In this document: one piece after another, positions 35,963 to 45,489 of the stretch
Layout of the letters: the number at the start of each line of letters is the position of its first letter
Position numbering within the stretch: the first letter of the stretch is position 1
NCBI GenBank assembly: GCA_047638595.1
Contig: JBLIMJ010000004.1
Location: 1-52,948, forward strand
Length of the DNA stretch: 52,948 bases
Direction: 5' to 3'
DNA from: Acidimicrobiales bacterium
Lineage (GTDB): Bacteria; Patescibacteriota; Minisyncoccia; Phycocordibacterales; UBA918
Program-made: the position numbers and the translations under genes
The notes under the pieces: generated by a model
Told to the model about the DNA's origin: nothing
The model's database searches: none
Seen by the model: the letters and a program-made list of their open reading frames with translations, nothing else

Positions 35963-36595
35963 ATGGCAACCAAAAAAGAAAAAACAACACAAGATTTCGT
36001 ACCTATTAGAAACATTAAACAAAATGTGGTCATCTTTAAAGATGGGCGCATGTGTAGTGTCCTACTTGCATCATCAGTCAACTTCGCGCTTAAGTCGCTG
36101 GATGAACAACGAGCAATCCTTGGGCAGTTCCAATCTTTTTTAAACACGCTTGATTTTGCGCTACAAATTTACATTCAATCACGTCGCCTTGATATAGAAC
36201 CATACCTTGCACAACTTCGTGAACGTGAACCTATACAAGATAACGATCTGATGCGTATCCAGTTACGTGAGTACATGGGATTTATTAAAACGTTTACCAC
36301 TGAAGTAGATGTGATGAGTAAAAATTTCTTTATTATCATTCCATACTCACCACAAATGGTAGACATAGGGTCAAACATAGGTGCAATGTTCGGAAAAACC
36401 AAGACGGCAACCATCGAAGACTCGAAGTTTGAAGAGTACCGGGTTCAACTTGAACAACGTACGTCTTTGGTAGAACAAGGATTGAACCGGGTAGGGGTGC
36501 GGACTATCGCCCTTGAGGATGAAGCTCTGGTAGAATTGTACTACCACATCTTTAACCCCAGCGACGTCCACAGTTCAGCACCGCACCCTGATTAA
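35963..36595 (+). CDS. T4SS-associated hypothetical protein (reminiscent of a VirB4/TrsE N-terminal domain, no ATPase motifs)
   Basis: QDFVPIRNIKQNVVIFKDGRMCSVLLASSVNFALKSLDEQRAILGQFQSFLNTL pattern, plus its position directly upstream of virB4. Confidence 0.4.
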   Translation: MATKKEKTTQDFVPIRNIKQNVVIFKDGRMCSVLLASSVNFALKSLDEQRAILGQFQSFLNTLDFALQIYIQSRRLDIEPYLAQLREREPIQDNDLMRIQLREYMGFIKTFTTEVDVMSKNFFIIIPYSPQMVDIGSNIGAMFGKTKTATIEDSKFEEYRVQLEQRTSLVEQGLNRVGVRTIALEDEALVELYYHIFNPSDVHSSAPHPD

Positions 36596-36669
36596 GCGGT
36601 ACAATACAAAAGTACTGTATACCTCTTCTTGCATACCGTTGACTAACTTGCGAAAATAAAGAAATACAT

Positions 36670-38481
36670 ATGGGAATTCTTGACTTACTAAAACCAAAAA
36701 ATACAACAACTGCTGAGATAGATGACTTATCTCGAGATATTTCTGATGCTTTGATGACACTTGACGACATCCTCGCGCCTTCAGGTATTGAAGTCAGTCC
36801 ACGCAACATAAACATAAGTGGTACCTATGCGCGGACTTTTTTCACTATCTCGTACCCTCGGTACTTGAACGATGGCTGGTTAGAACCTATTTTAAATATT
36901 GAAAAAGAAATCGATGTTTCTATTTTTATACACCCTATTGACACCGCAGAAACATTGAAGAAATTCCAAAAGAAGGTTGCCGAAGTGCAAAGTCAGATCA
37001 ATGTACGGGCAGAAAAGGGAATGGTACGTGACCCCCAGCTAGAAGCTGCCTTCCGAAACCTTGAAGATCTCCGCGACAAACTACAGCAAGCTGAAGAAAA
37101 ACTGTTTAACGTTGGCATGTATCTTACGGTCTACAGTGCAGACCTCGATTCTTTAAATAAAACTGAACGCGAGATAAAGAGTATCCTCGACTCACGATTG
37201 ATTTATATAAAGCCTGCGCAGTTTGAACAAAAAGAAGGTATTAAAAGTGTTTTGCCTTTCATGGACGATCAACTCCTGGTACACAGCAAATTCAACTCGT
37301 CACCTCTTTCAAGTTTCTTTCCGTTCACTTCTTTTGACCTTACTTCTGACACAGGGATTCTCTACGGTATCAATAGACACAATTCTTCGTTGGTACTTTT
37401 TGATCGTTATCAACTCACCAACTACAATTCAGTTACCTTCGCAACCTCTGGAGCGGGGAAGTCGTACACGACAAAGCTTGAGATACTCCGATCACTCATG
37501 TTTGGTACTGAAGTGATTGTGATTGACCCTGAGAAAGAGTACGAATATCTCGCAGAAGCAACAGGAGGACGATTCTTTAACATCTCTCTTTCTTCTTCTC
37601 ACCACATCAATCCTTTTGACTTACCAAATCCACAAGAAGACGAAAACCCTGAGGATGTATTGCGCTCACACATCATTGAGCTTATCGGACTGTTTCGACT
37701 GATGCTCGGCGGTATCTCACCTGAAGAAGAAACACTCATCGACCAAGCAATTGTGGAAACATATTCACTCAAAGACATCACCGGAACAGCAGACTTTAGC
37801 AACCTCGAATCTCCTCTACTTTCAGACTTTGAGATGGTACTTGCTGGTATGGAAGGAAGTGGTTCACTTGTTTCTCGACTACAAAAGTACACTACCGGTA
37901 CCTGGTCTGGCTTTATGAACAAACCAACCAACGTAGACATACACCAGAAATTTGTAGTCTTTTCTCTACGTGATATGGAGGATGAGCTCAAGACGGTTGC
38001 GATGTACATCATCACACACCATATCTGGGGAGCTATTCGTCGTCGTATCGTAAAACGACTTCTGGTAATTGACGAGGCATGGTGGATGATGAAAAGTGAT
38101 GACACTGCGTCATTCCTCTTCATGCTCGCTAAACGCGGACGAAAGTACTATCTTGGTCTTTCAACCATCACCCAGGACGTTGATGACTTCTTACGGTCCC
38201 CTTACGGTGTGCCGATGATTACAAACTCTTCGTTACAACTTCTGATGAAGCAGTCTCCGACAGCTATTGATAATATTCAAAGTACTTTTAACTTAACCGA
38301 CGAAGAGAAGTTCCTTCTTCTAGAGTCAAACGTGGGGGAAGGAATTTTCTTTGCAGGACTCAAGCATGTCGCTATTCGTGTTATCGCTTCATACACTGAA
38401 GATCAAATCATCACCTCTGACCCTTCACAAATTTTACAAATCCAAAAGGCGCGCGAAGAACTTCGTGATGCACAAACCTAA
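36670..38481 (+). CDS. virB4: VirB4/TrsE-type T4SS ATPase
   Basis: N-domain YARTFFTISYPRYLNDGWL, Walker A FATSGAGKSYT and Walker B RLLVIDEAWWMM. 603 aa. Confidence 0.8.
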   Translation: MGILDLLKPKNTTTAEIDDLSRDISDALMTLDDILAPSGIEVSPRNINISGTYARTFFTISYPRYLNDGWLEPILNIEKEIDVSIFIHPIDTAETLKKFQKKVAEVQSQINVRAEKGMVRDPQLEAAFRNLEDLRDKLQQAEEKLFNVGMYLTVYSADLDSLNKTEREIKSILDSRLIYIKPAQFEQKEGIKSVLPFMDDQLLVHSKFNSSPLSSFFPFTSFDLTSDTGILYGINRHNSSLVLFDRYQLTNYNSVTFATSGAGKSYTTKLEILRSLMFGTEVIVIDPEKEYEYLAEATGGRFFNISLSSSHHINPFDLPNPQEDENPEDVLRSHIIELIGLFRLMLGGISPEEETLIDQAIVETYSLKDITGTADFSNLESPLLSDFEMVLAGMEGSGSLVSRLQKYTTGTWSGFMNKPTNVDIHQKFVVFSLRDMEDELKTVAMYIITHHIWGAIRRRIVKRLLVIDEAWWMMKSDDTASFLFMLAKRGRKYYLGLSTITQDVDDFLRSPYGVPMITNSSLQLLMKQSPTAIDNIQSTFNLTDEEKFLLLESNVGEGIFFAGLKHVAIRVIASYTEDQIITSDPSQILQIQKAREELRDAQT

Positions 38482-38484
38482 TAT

Positions 38485-39156
38485 ATGGCTCAGCCTCAGA
38501 TAGTTGGGAAGCCACAGGTAACAACACAATCAAGAGGTGGGGCAGTTGCTCCTGGCAAATCATCTGTCCGTACCCACCAAGGTGCCCAAAACAAGCCTGC
38601 TAACACTTCAAACATAAGTCATATTGCAGCCAATCGAGGTCATAAAGTAGCACTCAGAAGGAACCGAGATGCTGATGCGGACGATATAAGTCAGTCAGAA
38701 CAAGCACATGAAAAAAGACCTCGGTCACTTCCGCAATCAAAAAAGAGAATGGGGATACGTGCTAAAGGTAATTTTGTAAAAAAGAATGCAAAAAGAATAC
38801 GTGCAGGAAGTGTGGGACTAGGGATTGCTGCGATTCTTTCATGGATCTATATAATACAAATTGCCTTTTTCGTATTATTTATAACAACTTTTTACTATGC
38901 TGACAGTGTAGGATTTATGGGCCAATATATACCTTCAGAACTATTACTGATACTGACCTGGATAATTATTATGCTTATTGGTTTAGGTTCTATGGCCTAT
39001 GCTGCAATGGCTTTTTCTACAGCAGGTGTTGCGTGGCTTGGGATGAATAAGGATTTAATGTTTGGTTTGTTTTGCATACTGTATATATGCCCATTTGTGT
39101 TTGTTGTACCCTGGGTTTTTATTTGGATTTTTGTGGTTACTTACTATCAAAAATAG
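38485..39156 (+). CDS. Membrane protein with a basic disordered N-terminus and about 4 TM helices
   Basis: Hydrophobicity pattern only. It starts 4 nt after virB4. Confidence 0.45.
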   Translation: MAQPQIVGKPQVTTQSRGGAVAPGKSSVRTHQGAQNKPANTSNISHIAANRGHKVALRRNRDADADDISQSEQAHEKRPRSLPQSKKRMGIRAKGNFVKKNAKRIRAGSVGLGIAAILSWIYIIQIAFFVLFITTFYYADSVGFMGQYIPSELLLILTWIIIMLIGLGSMAYAAMAFSTAGVAWLGMNKDLMFGLFCILYICPFVFVVPWVFIWIFVVTYYQK

Positions 39157-39185
39157 AAGGACCTGTATGCTATGCTTTACAATAT

Positions 39186-40166
39186 ATGCGGAACACTTTT
39201 TTACTATTTTTCTTCATTTTAAACATATCTTTCTTTGCATTCCCTGGGGAAGGTACTGCTCAATTCGGTAATCCTATCGATCCCTCTAGTGCATCAACAC
39301 TGGTTTTTTCACCCCGATATCCTGAACCAAATGAACAAATCACTATTGAACTCAATGACTACAGTATCAATACCAGTGGAGCAGCCATCCAATGGTTTAT
39401 AGACGGAACTGAGGAAGTGCTGGTACAGAATGAACGATCGATTTCTATTACCGCTGGGGAACTTGGGAGTAAAACTATTGTCACCGCTATTACAACTCTC
39501 GCCAACGGTTCACGTATTGAAGCTCAAAAAAACATCACTCCAATTCGTATCGATATGCTCATCGAGGCTGACACCCTTGCACCTTCTTTTTATAAAGGAC
39601 GAACCATACCGTCAACTGGAAGCTCCATTCAGGTAACTGCACTGCCATTTACTGGAGTAGACCGCAATCCAGAAACTTTTTCTTATGTATGGCGTGTGGA
39701 TGATAAAGTACAAGGAGGAGGGTCTCGATATGGAAGAAACTCTATTACGTTCACTTCAGGCTTTGAAAAAAATATCTTAGTTTCTGTTGATGTCATCGAT
39801 GATGCAGGGAACATTCTCAGCAGTGAGTCAACCTACATTCCACTAGCAAATCCGGAATTACATTTTTACGAAATAAACCCTCTGCGTGGCATGTCTGAAA
39901 TCGCTATGAACAATGGATTTATCTTTTTAGGAGACGAGATTAAGATACATGCAGTTCCTTATTTTGTAGACAAAAGTCTAGTAACGAACAACCCCCACAT
40001 AGAATGGAAGTTAAATAACCAAACTATTCAAAATCCGAGTACTAACCCCCAAGAAATTACCCTGCGCAAAGAAGGGGACAGTGGTTCGTTTGCTATTGAA
40101 TTCCACATCCGTAACCTACGACAATTATTGCAAGGTGTGAAGGATTCTGTAACTATTAACTTCTAG
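39186..40166 (+). CDS. Secreted hypothetical protein
   Basis: Start moved to MRNTFLLFFFILNISFFAFPGEG (signal peptide). No family recognised. Confidence 0.45.
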   Translation: MRNTFLLFFFILNISFFAFPGEGTAQFGNPIDPSSASTLVFSPRYPEPNEQITIELNDYSINTSGAAIQWFIDGTEEVLVQNERSISITAGELGSKTIVTAITTLANGSRIEAQKNITPIRIDMLIEADTLAPSFYKGRTIPSTGSSIQVTALPFTGVDRNPETFSYVWRVDDKVQGGGSRYGRNSITFTSGFEKNILVSVDVIDDAGNILSSESTYIPLANPELHFYEINPLRGMSEIAMNNGFIFLGDEIKIHAVPYFVDKSLVTNNPHIEWKLNNQTIQNPSTNPQEITLRKEGDSGSFAIEFHIRNLRQLLQGVKDSVTINF

Positions 40167-40170
40167 ATTT

Positions 40171-41256
40171 ATGTATTTTGTTACACTATTTATACTTATT
40201 GGGCTGAGTGTCACACAAATTGTTCTCGCTGCACCAAATGAATTTGTTCCCTTAGTAGGGATTCCGTATTTAGTTGTTCCTCAAGGGGAGGAGTTAGGGC
40301 TTGGTAATTACATAAATGCACTCTACAAGATATCCATCAGTGTTGCAGCATTCTTGGCAGTGGTAAAGATTATTTTTGCAGGAGTGAAGTACATGATCTC
40401 TGACATTGTTCCAACTAAAGAACAAGCGAAGAAAGACATACGCGGGGCACTACTTGGTTTGCTCATTGTCATTGGTGCTGTACTTATTTTGACAACCATC
40501 AACCCTCAGTTAACTGGCTTAGATGCGTTGCAAAAAATACCGGGGTTCAGTGTAAAAACAGGGGCACACGAAGGACGTTCTGCAGATCAAATACGTATAG
40601 AGGAGATGTGTAAATCGAAATTTAAATGTAAAAGAGATGTGTGCGGTTTTATAGATGACTCTATAAATGATACATGTAAAGAAGATTGTGAAAATGACAA
40701 AAATGGTGTTTTTACCCCGTCACTTCTACCAGGAGGTGTTTGTACCTATGCTGGTGAAGACACTGGAACAGCAGCAGAGGGAGACAAGGTACCGTTAAGG
40801 AAGCTTGATGAACTTGCCCAGAGTAGATGTCCAGATAGTATTGAAAAAAGTACATTTGTTATATCAACATCGAATGATGAAAATGCTTCATGTATGTCTG
40901 TAGATGAGGTATTGAAAAAAACAGAAATCAGTTCTGGTAGTCCTGTTGCATTTTCAGTACTCCCATTCACTGATGACGTTATGAGACAGAGTAGGAATTT
41001 TCCACTTAGTAATTTAAAAATTGGTGACGTAATTGGATATCTGAGTTTAGACATAACTTCTGATAAGGGGGCAGAAATATTAAGTGCCTATGATGATGAA
41101 GGGGGCTATGTAGATGCAATTTTAACACCCGCCTGTGGCAAAGGTAACAAAATTATTAGAAAGGAAACTACCACTGGTGAAAGAATTGAAAATTCTTGGT
41201 GGGGTCCTTTTGGGACTACTCAAGAAACTGCACATTACTTTTGTGTGAAAAAATAA
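40171..41256 (+). CDS. VirB2/TrbC-like pilin module fused to a 10-Cys C-terminal domain (paralog 1)
   Basis: Signal peptide ...QIVLA|APNE, then two hydrophobic helices (ISISVAAFLAVVKIIFAG; ALLGLLIVIGAVLILTT), then about 210 aa with 10 Cys. Confidence 0.55.
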   Translation: MYFVTLFILIGLSVTQIVLAAPNEFVPLVGIPYLVVPQGEELGLGNYINALYKISISVAAFLAVVKIIFAGVKYMISDIVPTKEQAKKDIRGALLGLLIVIGAVLILTTINPQLTGLDALQKIPGFSVKTGAHEGRSADQIRIEEMCKSKFKCKRDVCGFIDDSINDTCKEDCENDKNGVFTPSLLPGGVCTYAGEDTGTAAEGDKVPLRKLDELAQSRCPDSIEKSTFVISTSNDENASCMSVDEVLKKTEISSGSPVAFSVLPFTDDVMRQSRNFPLSNLKIGDVIGYLSLDITSDKGAEILSAYDDEGGYVDAILTPACGKGNKIIRKETTTGERIENSWWGPFGTTQETAHYFCVKK

Positions 41257-41316
41257 TATGAATCGATCTATAATTGCAAGGTGTGAAGGATTCTGTAACT
41301 ATTAACTTCTAGATTT

Positions 41317-42393
41317 ATGTATTTTGTTACACTATTTATACTTATTGGGCTGAGTGTCACACAAATTGTTCTCGCTGCACCGAATGAATTTGTTCCCTTA
41401 GTAGGGATTCCGTATTTAGTTGTTCCTCAAGGGGAGGAGTTAGGGCTTGGTAATTATATAAATGCACTCTATAAGATATCCATCAGTGTTGCTGCATTCT
41501 TGGCAGTAGTAAAGATTATTTTTGCTGGAGTGAAGTACATGATCTCTGACATTGTTCCAACTAAAGAACAAGCAAAGAAAGACATACGTGGTGCACTACT
41601 TGGCTTACTCATTGTCATTGGTGCTGTACTTATTTTGACAACCATCAACCCTCAGTTAACTGGCTTAGATGCGTTGCAAAAAATACCGGGGTTCAGTGTA
41701 AAAACAGGGGCACACGAAGGACGTTCTGCAGATCAAATACGTATAGAGGAGATGTGTAAATCCACGTTTGGTTGCTCTAAAGATGTGTGCGGTTTTGTAG
41801 ATGACTCTATATATGATACATGTAAAGAAGATTGTGAAAATGACAAAAATGGTGTTTTTACCCCGTCACTTCTACCAGGAGGCGTTTGTACCTATGTTGG
41901 TAACGAAAGAGAAAATTCAGGGGACGATCTGGAATTACGCTTTCTTGGTACAATTTCTGAGGATAAATGTGTAGGTACTGATGAAGGGAAGATATACACC
42001 CTGGCAACAGCTGGTGAAGTCACTTCTTCATGTATGTCCACAGACGAAATAGCAAGACAAATAGAATTGGATTCTGGTGCTCCTATTGTATTTTCAATAT
42101 TGCCAATTACCCGCGCGGTGGATACGCATACCCGGGAAAGGTCGATTTTTAGTACAGGACTAGACGATCTTGAAGTTGACAACATGGTTGGATTATTACG
42201 ATTAGATTCAAGTTCAGAACAAGGTAAAAAAATGTTAGAAGATAAAGGTGGAAGAAGTCAATTTATAGAAGATGTCTTACAGCCAGCTTGCGGTGAGGTT
42301 AGTGAAGGTTATAAAATAATCGATTACAATACTAACGAACGTGTAGGATATGACAACCATAGGATAATACATTTTTACTGTATAAAAGAGTAA
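41317..42393 (+). CDS. VirB2/TrbC-like pilin module fused to a 10-Cys C-terminal domain (paralog 2)
   Basis: The first 148 aa are identical to paralog 1. The C-terminal domain is strongly diverged, but all 10 Cys are retained. Confidence 0.55.
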   Translation: MYFVTLFILIGLSVTQIVLAAPNEFVPLVGIPYLVVPQGEELGLGNYINALYKISISVAAFLAVVKIIFAGVKYMISDIVPTKEQAKKDIRGALLGLLIVIGAVLILTTINPQLTGLDALQKIPGFSVKTGAHEGRSADQIRIEEMCKSTFGCSKDVCGFVDDSIYDTCKEDCENDKNGVFTPSLLPGGVCTYVGNERENSGDDLELRFLGTISEDKCVGTDEGKIYTLATAGEVTSSCMSTDEIARQIELDSGAPIVFSILPITRAVDTHTRERSIFSTGLDDLEVDNMVGLLRLDSSSEQGKKMLEDKGGRSQFIEDVLQPACGEVSEGYKIIDYNTNERVGYDNHRIIHFYCIKE

Positions 42394-42456
42394 AATTTTT
42401 ACTGTTTATAGCACTTCCTTTATAATGCATCTTAATAAGTTATACTTAAAATACTT

Positions 42457-43644
42457 ATGAATCGATCTATAATAATAACCACTGGAATCATAATTCTCCT
42501 ACTTGTATTAGGGGTATGGATATACTTGATGTTTTTTGGAGCACCAGAAAATAAAGAGGAGGTCTTTACCAATTTTGGTTTCAGGATACAACCTCAAGAG
42601 GTAACTATCATCCCTGACACCAATACAGGCAATGTCAGTCCTCTGGTGGACACTCAAACAGATGCCTTAAGACAACTCACCACTCGCCCTGTTGCAGGGT
42701 TTGCGTTTGCCTCAACATCTGAAGGAGAAGCGGTTCGCTATGTTGAAAGAGGGACGGGGCATATATATGAAATCAATCTCGCTACTGGTGTAGAAAGTGC
42801 TCTTTCACGAACAACCATCCCTCAAGTAAACGAAGCAGTTTTCTCCCATGACGCGGAGGTGGTGGCACTCATTTCTCATGAAAGATACCAGTCAGAAGTT
42901 TTCGTAGGTACTCTAGGCAACAATATAAACCTTACTGGTATCAGCCTCCAGCCAAACGCTTCAAATATCTCATTTACCTTAGAGAATGAGGTGCAGTACA
43001 CAATTGCTGCAAATGGCACCACCAAAGGATACCGACACAACATCGATACTTTAGTGCAAACAGAATTGTTTTCCATGAACTACACAAACCTCGACGTCGG
43101 GTGGGGCAATGGTTTAGAAAAAATCTTTTTAGCAACCAAGCCAGCGCAAGGATTTGAAGGTTTTATGTATACTATTGAGAATAACATCCTGACACCTGTG
43201 GCTTTTTCTGCACAAGGACTATCCGCTCTCTTTACAAACACATACATTCTTACCTCTTTCATCCAAGGAGATACTTACAGCTCTGCGGTGGTTACTACTG
43301 CTACACAAGAAAGACTAGAACTTCCAATTTTAGCGCTTAAGGAAAAATGTGTACCAGATACAACTGATGAATTCTTAATATGGTGTGCTGCGTCACTAAA
43401 TAACCAACCTGCTACATTTGGGGAAGATTGGTATAAAGGAACTGTAATTTCAGAAGACTCCATTTGGCTCATAGATCCCTTAGCACAAACGGCAGATGTC
43501 TATGCAAACCTTGGGAGCTTATCTGGCAGAACCATAGATGTAAAAGAAATAGACATGAACACAAAAGGAACCTTGCTCTCATTTGTTAATAAGGCCGATC
43601 AAACCCTTTGGCTCTATGACATCTTTGCCGATATCAAGTTCTAA
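42457..43644 (+). CDS. Membrane-anchored hypothetical protein (possibly beta-propeller-like)
   Basis: N-terminal TM IIITTGIIILLLVLGVWIYLMFF. The segment RYVERGTGHIYEINLATG is PD40/TolB-like. Assignment is weak. Confidence 0.4.
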   Translation: MNRSIIITTGIIILLLVLGVWIYLMFFGAPENKEEVFTNFGFRIQPQEVTIIPDTNTGNVSPLVDTQTDALRQLTTRPVAGFAFASTSEGEAVRYVERGTGHIYEINLATGVESALSRTTIPQVNEAVFSHDAEVVALISHERYQSEVFVGTLGNNINLTGISLQPNASNISFTLENEVQYTIAANGTTKGYRHNIDTLVQTELFSMNYTNLDVGWGNGLEKIFLATKPAQGFEGFMYTIENNILTPVAFSAQGLSALFTNTYILTSFIQGDTYSSAVVTTATQERLELPILALKEKCVPDTTDEFLIWCAASLNNQPATFGEDWYKGTVISEDSIWLIDPLAQTADVYANLGSLSGRTIDVKEIDMNTKGTLLSFVNKADQTLWLYDIFADIKF

Positions 43645-43692
43645 CAAAAAACTAAATCCACAAGGCAAAGTACTATGTTTGTATTTTACTTT

Positions 43693-43730
43693 TAAAACTC
43701 TCTATATCATTAATGATATAGAGAGTTTTA
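43693..43730 (+). terminator. 38-bp perfect palindrome closing the T4SS-like cluster
   Basis: taaaactctctatatcatt / aatgatatagagagtttta. Confidence 0.6.
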
Positions 43731-43815
43731 CATTTTCAATATGAAAATAATATATCCACAAATGGTCGTCTGGGGTAGGGTTTGCACCTAGGGGGGGGTG
43801 ATATTGAATGTATAA

Positions 43816-43849
43816 AAATCCCCTGAAGCGCATGCGGTTCAGGGGATTT
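43816..43849 (-). terminator. Hairpin downstream of yidC
   Basis: aaatcccctgaa / ttcaggggattt. Confidence 0.55.
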
Positions 43850-43874
43850 AGTTTTACACATTACTTCTTATGTC

Positions 43875-44603
43875 TTAGTCCTTATGTCTTCTGACGACAA
43901 ACTCTTGGGCGATTGCCATGAGGTTACTGACGGTGAAGTATAGTGCGATTGCTGCTGAAAGGGTGTAGGCGATCACTACAATGATAATTGGCATTACGTA
44001 GAGCATCTGCATTTGCATACTACGAGCAAAATCTTCTTTTAGGCTTGGCTCAGCTCCTTCTTTCTTTGGTTCTGGTACAGGCATTGAAAGTCGTACATGG
44101 AGGAACTGCGTGGCACCAGCAAGAAGTGCTAGAGGCATACTCTTAAGTGTAATGTCAAAAAATCCCAACATAAGCATTGATGGCGCATCGGGTCGGGTAA
44201 CGAAGCTATAAAGCAAGTCAACATTTATGTCAGGGAAGGGGAATCCTGCTCCGTTTGATACAGCGAGATACAGAGAAATAATAATGGGAAACTGTATGAA
44301 CATCAGTCCAACACTGGAGAGAGGATTTACATTTGACTTTTTGTAGAGCTCCATGGTTGCCTTCGCTTGCTCCTGTTTGTCGGAGATTTTTTTCTTAATC
44401 TCTTTTATTTTTGGATCAAGCTCACGCATGATTGCCTGCATCTTCGTCACCTTAATTGAAAGCGGAAGCATGACAATTTTAATAAACACAACAGTACACA
44501 CAATCGCTAAACCAACGTCACCACCAGGGAGTATGTCAACAAAAAAGACCAAACTGTTATAGACCGGGTCAAAGAAAAAAGTATGCCAAATGTAACTCCA
44601 CAT
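43875..44603 (-). CDS. yidC: YidC/Oxa1-family membrane insertase (short, monoderm type)
   Basis: 242 aa. GLAIVCTVVFIKIVMLPLSIK..., PLSSVGLMFIQFPIIISLY, and position next to rnpA. Confidence 0.8.
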   Translation of the reverse strand: MWSYIWHTFFFDPVYNSLVFFVDILPGGDVGLAIVCTVVFIKIVMLPLSIKVTKMQAIMRELDPKIKEIKKKISDKQEQAKATMELYKKSNVNPLSSVGLMFIQFPIIISLYLAVSNGAGFPFPDINVDLLYSFVTRPDAPSMLMLGFFDITLKSMPLALLAGATQFLHVRLSMPVPEPKKEGAEPSLKEDFARSMQMQMLYVMPIIIVVIAYTLSAAIALYFTVSNLMAIAQEFVVRRHKD

Positions 44604-44699
44604 AACGGTAATAAATTAGATAAGAATAAGAATTATGGTGCTGGTTATTGTATCGTGAATGACGGAGCGTGTCTAAGCTGGCTACGAGAAATCATTAGG

Positions 44700-45023
44700 C
44701 TATATCGCCTGCTCCAACAACGACTCAACCTCTTTGGTAAACAGAGCTTTTTCTACCTCCTTCAGTGAAGGTTTTGCAATTAAGATAAATGTTCCTTTCA
44801 GAGAGTATTCTTTATGGTACCTATAGAGCACACCATACATCCTACGTCTGAGCCGGTTTCTATCGACCGCCCGTTTAAATACTTTTTTTCCAACCACACA
44901 TGCTCCATGAAATGAATCATCTGCGTGATGAATGAGTTGCAGGGAAGTACTGTGGTGTCTTTTCCCCACAGAAAAAGAACGATCAAACTCTTTTTTGGTG
45001 AGACGTTGTTTCTTAGTTAGCAT
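44700..45023 (-). CDS. rnpA: RNase P protein component
   Basis: 107 aa, basic (KRAVDRNRLRRRM). Canonical rpmH-rnpA-yidC order. Confidence 0.8.
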   Translation of the reverse strand: MLTKKQRLTKKEFDRSFSVGKRHHSTSLQLIHHADDSFHGACVVGKKVFKRAVDRNRLRRRMYGVLYRYHKEYSLKGTFILIAKPSLKEVEKALFTKEVESLLEQAI

Positions 45024-45096
45024 GTTACTTAGTATAAACTAAAAAACAAGCTGAAAGCCTGTTTTTAGTTTGACTAGAATTACTTAGTCACTGGGT

Positions 45097-45246
45097 TTAT
45101 TTACTCTTTTGTACCGTCAACTGTGAGCGTCCTTTACGACGACGTGCTCGAAGAATACGTGCCCCGGTCTTTGTTGCAGCGCGCACCAAAAAACCATGAG
45201 TGGTCATTCTTTTCTGTTGACTTGGTTGATATGTTCTCTTTGGCAT
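45097..45246 (-). CDS. rpmH: 50S ribosomal protein L34
   Basis: Not in the ORF track because it is under 60 aa. Hand translation gives [49 protein letters not shown]. Confidence 0.9.
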   Translation of the reverse strand: MPKRTYQPSQQKRMTTHGFLVRAATKTGARILRARRRKGRSQLTVQKSK

Positions 45247-45356
45247 ATTTAGAAAATTACGAAGGCAACTATACACTTATTCTTGTTTTTTTTCAATAGC
45301 TGGAGCAGAGGGGAGTAAAGGTTTTTAAGAAAATGTAATTTAAAAGTTATACATTG

Positions 45357-45365
45357 TTATCCACA
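45357..45365 (+). promoter_or_regulatory. Perfect consensus DnaA box TTATCCACA in the rpmH-dnaA intergenic region
   Basis: Exact 9-mer about 125 nt upstream of the likely dnaA start. Confidence 0.7.
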
Positions 45366-45489
45366 GGATATACACAAGGGGTGGGGGTTGCCAAAAAAAA
45401 CACTAATGACTACTGAAGCTAATACGAAAAGAGTTTACAGTTTCTCAGACACAGGTATAATGGCTTTCACTAAGTTCCGAATTACGTAT

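Larger units (their letters stand above)
40127..42473 (+). repeat. Tandem duplication of the pilin gene with visible junction
   Basis: Unit 1 is 40127-41272 and unit 2 is 41273-42473. The 44 nt upstream of each ATG are identical. The first 17 nt of the downstream gene (atgaatcgatctataat) recur at 41258-41274 at the junction. Confidence 0.85.
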
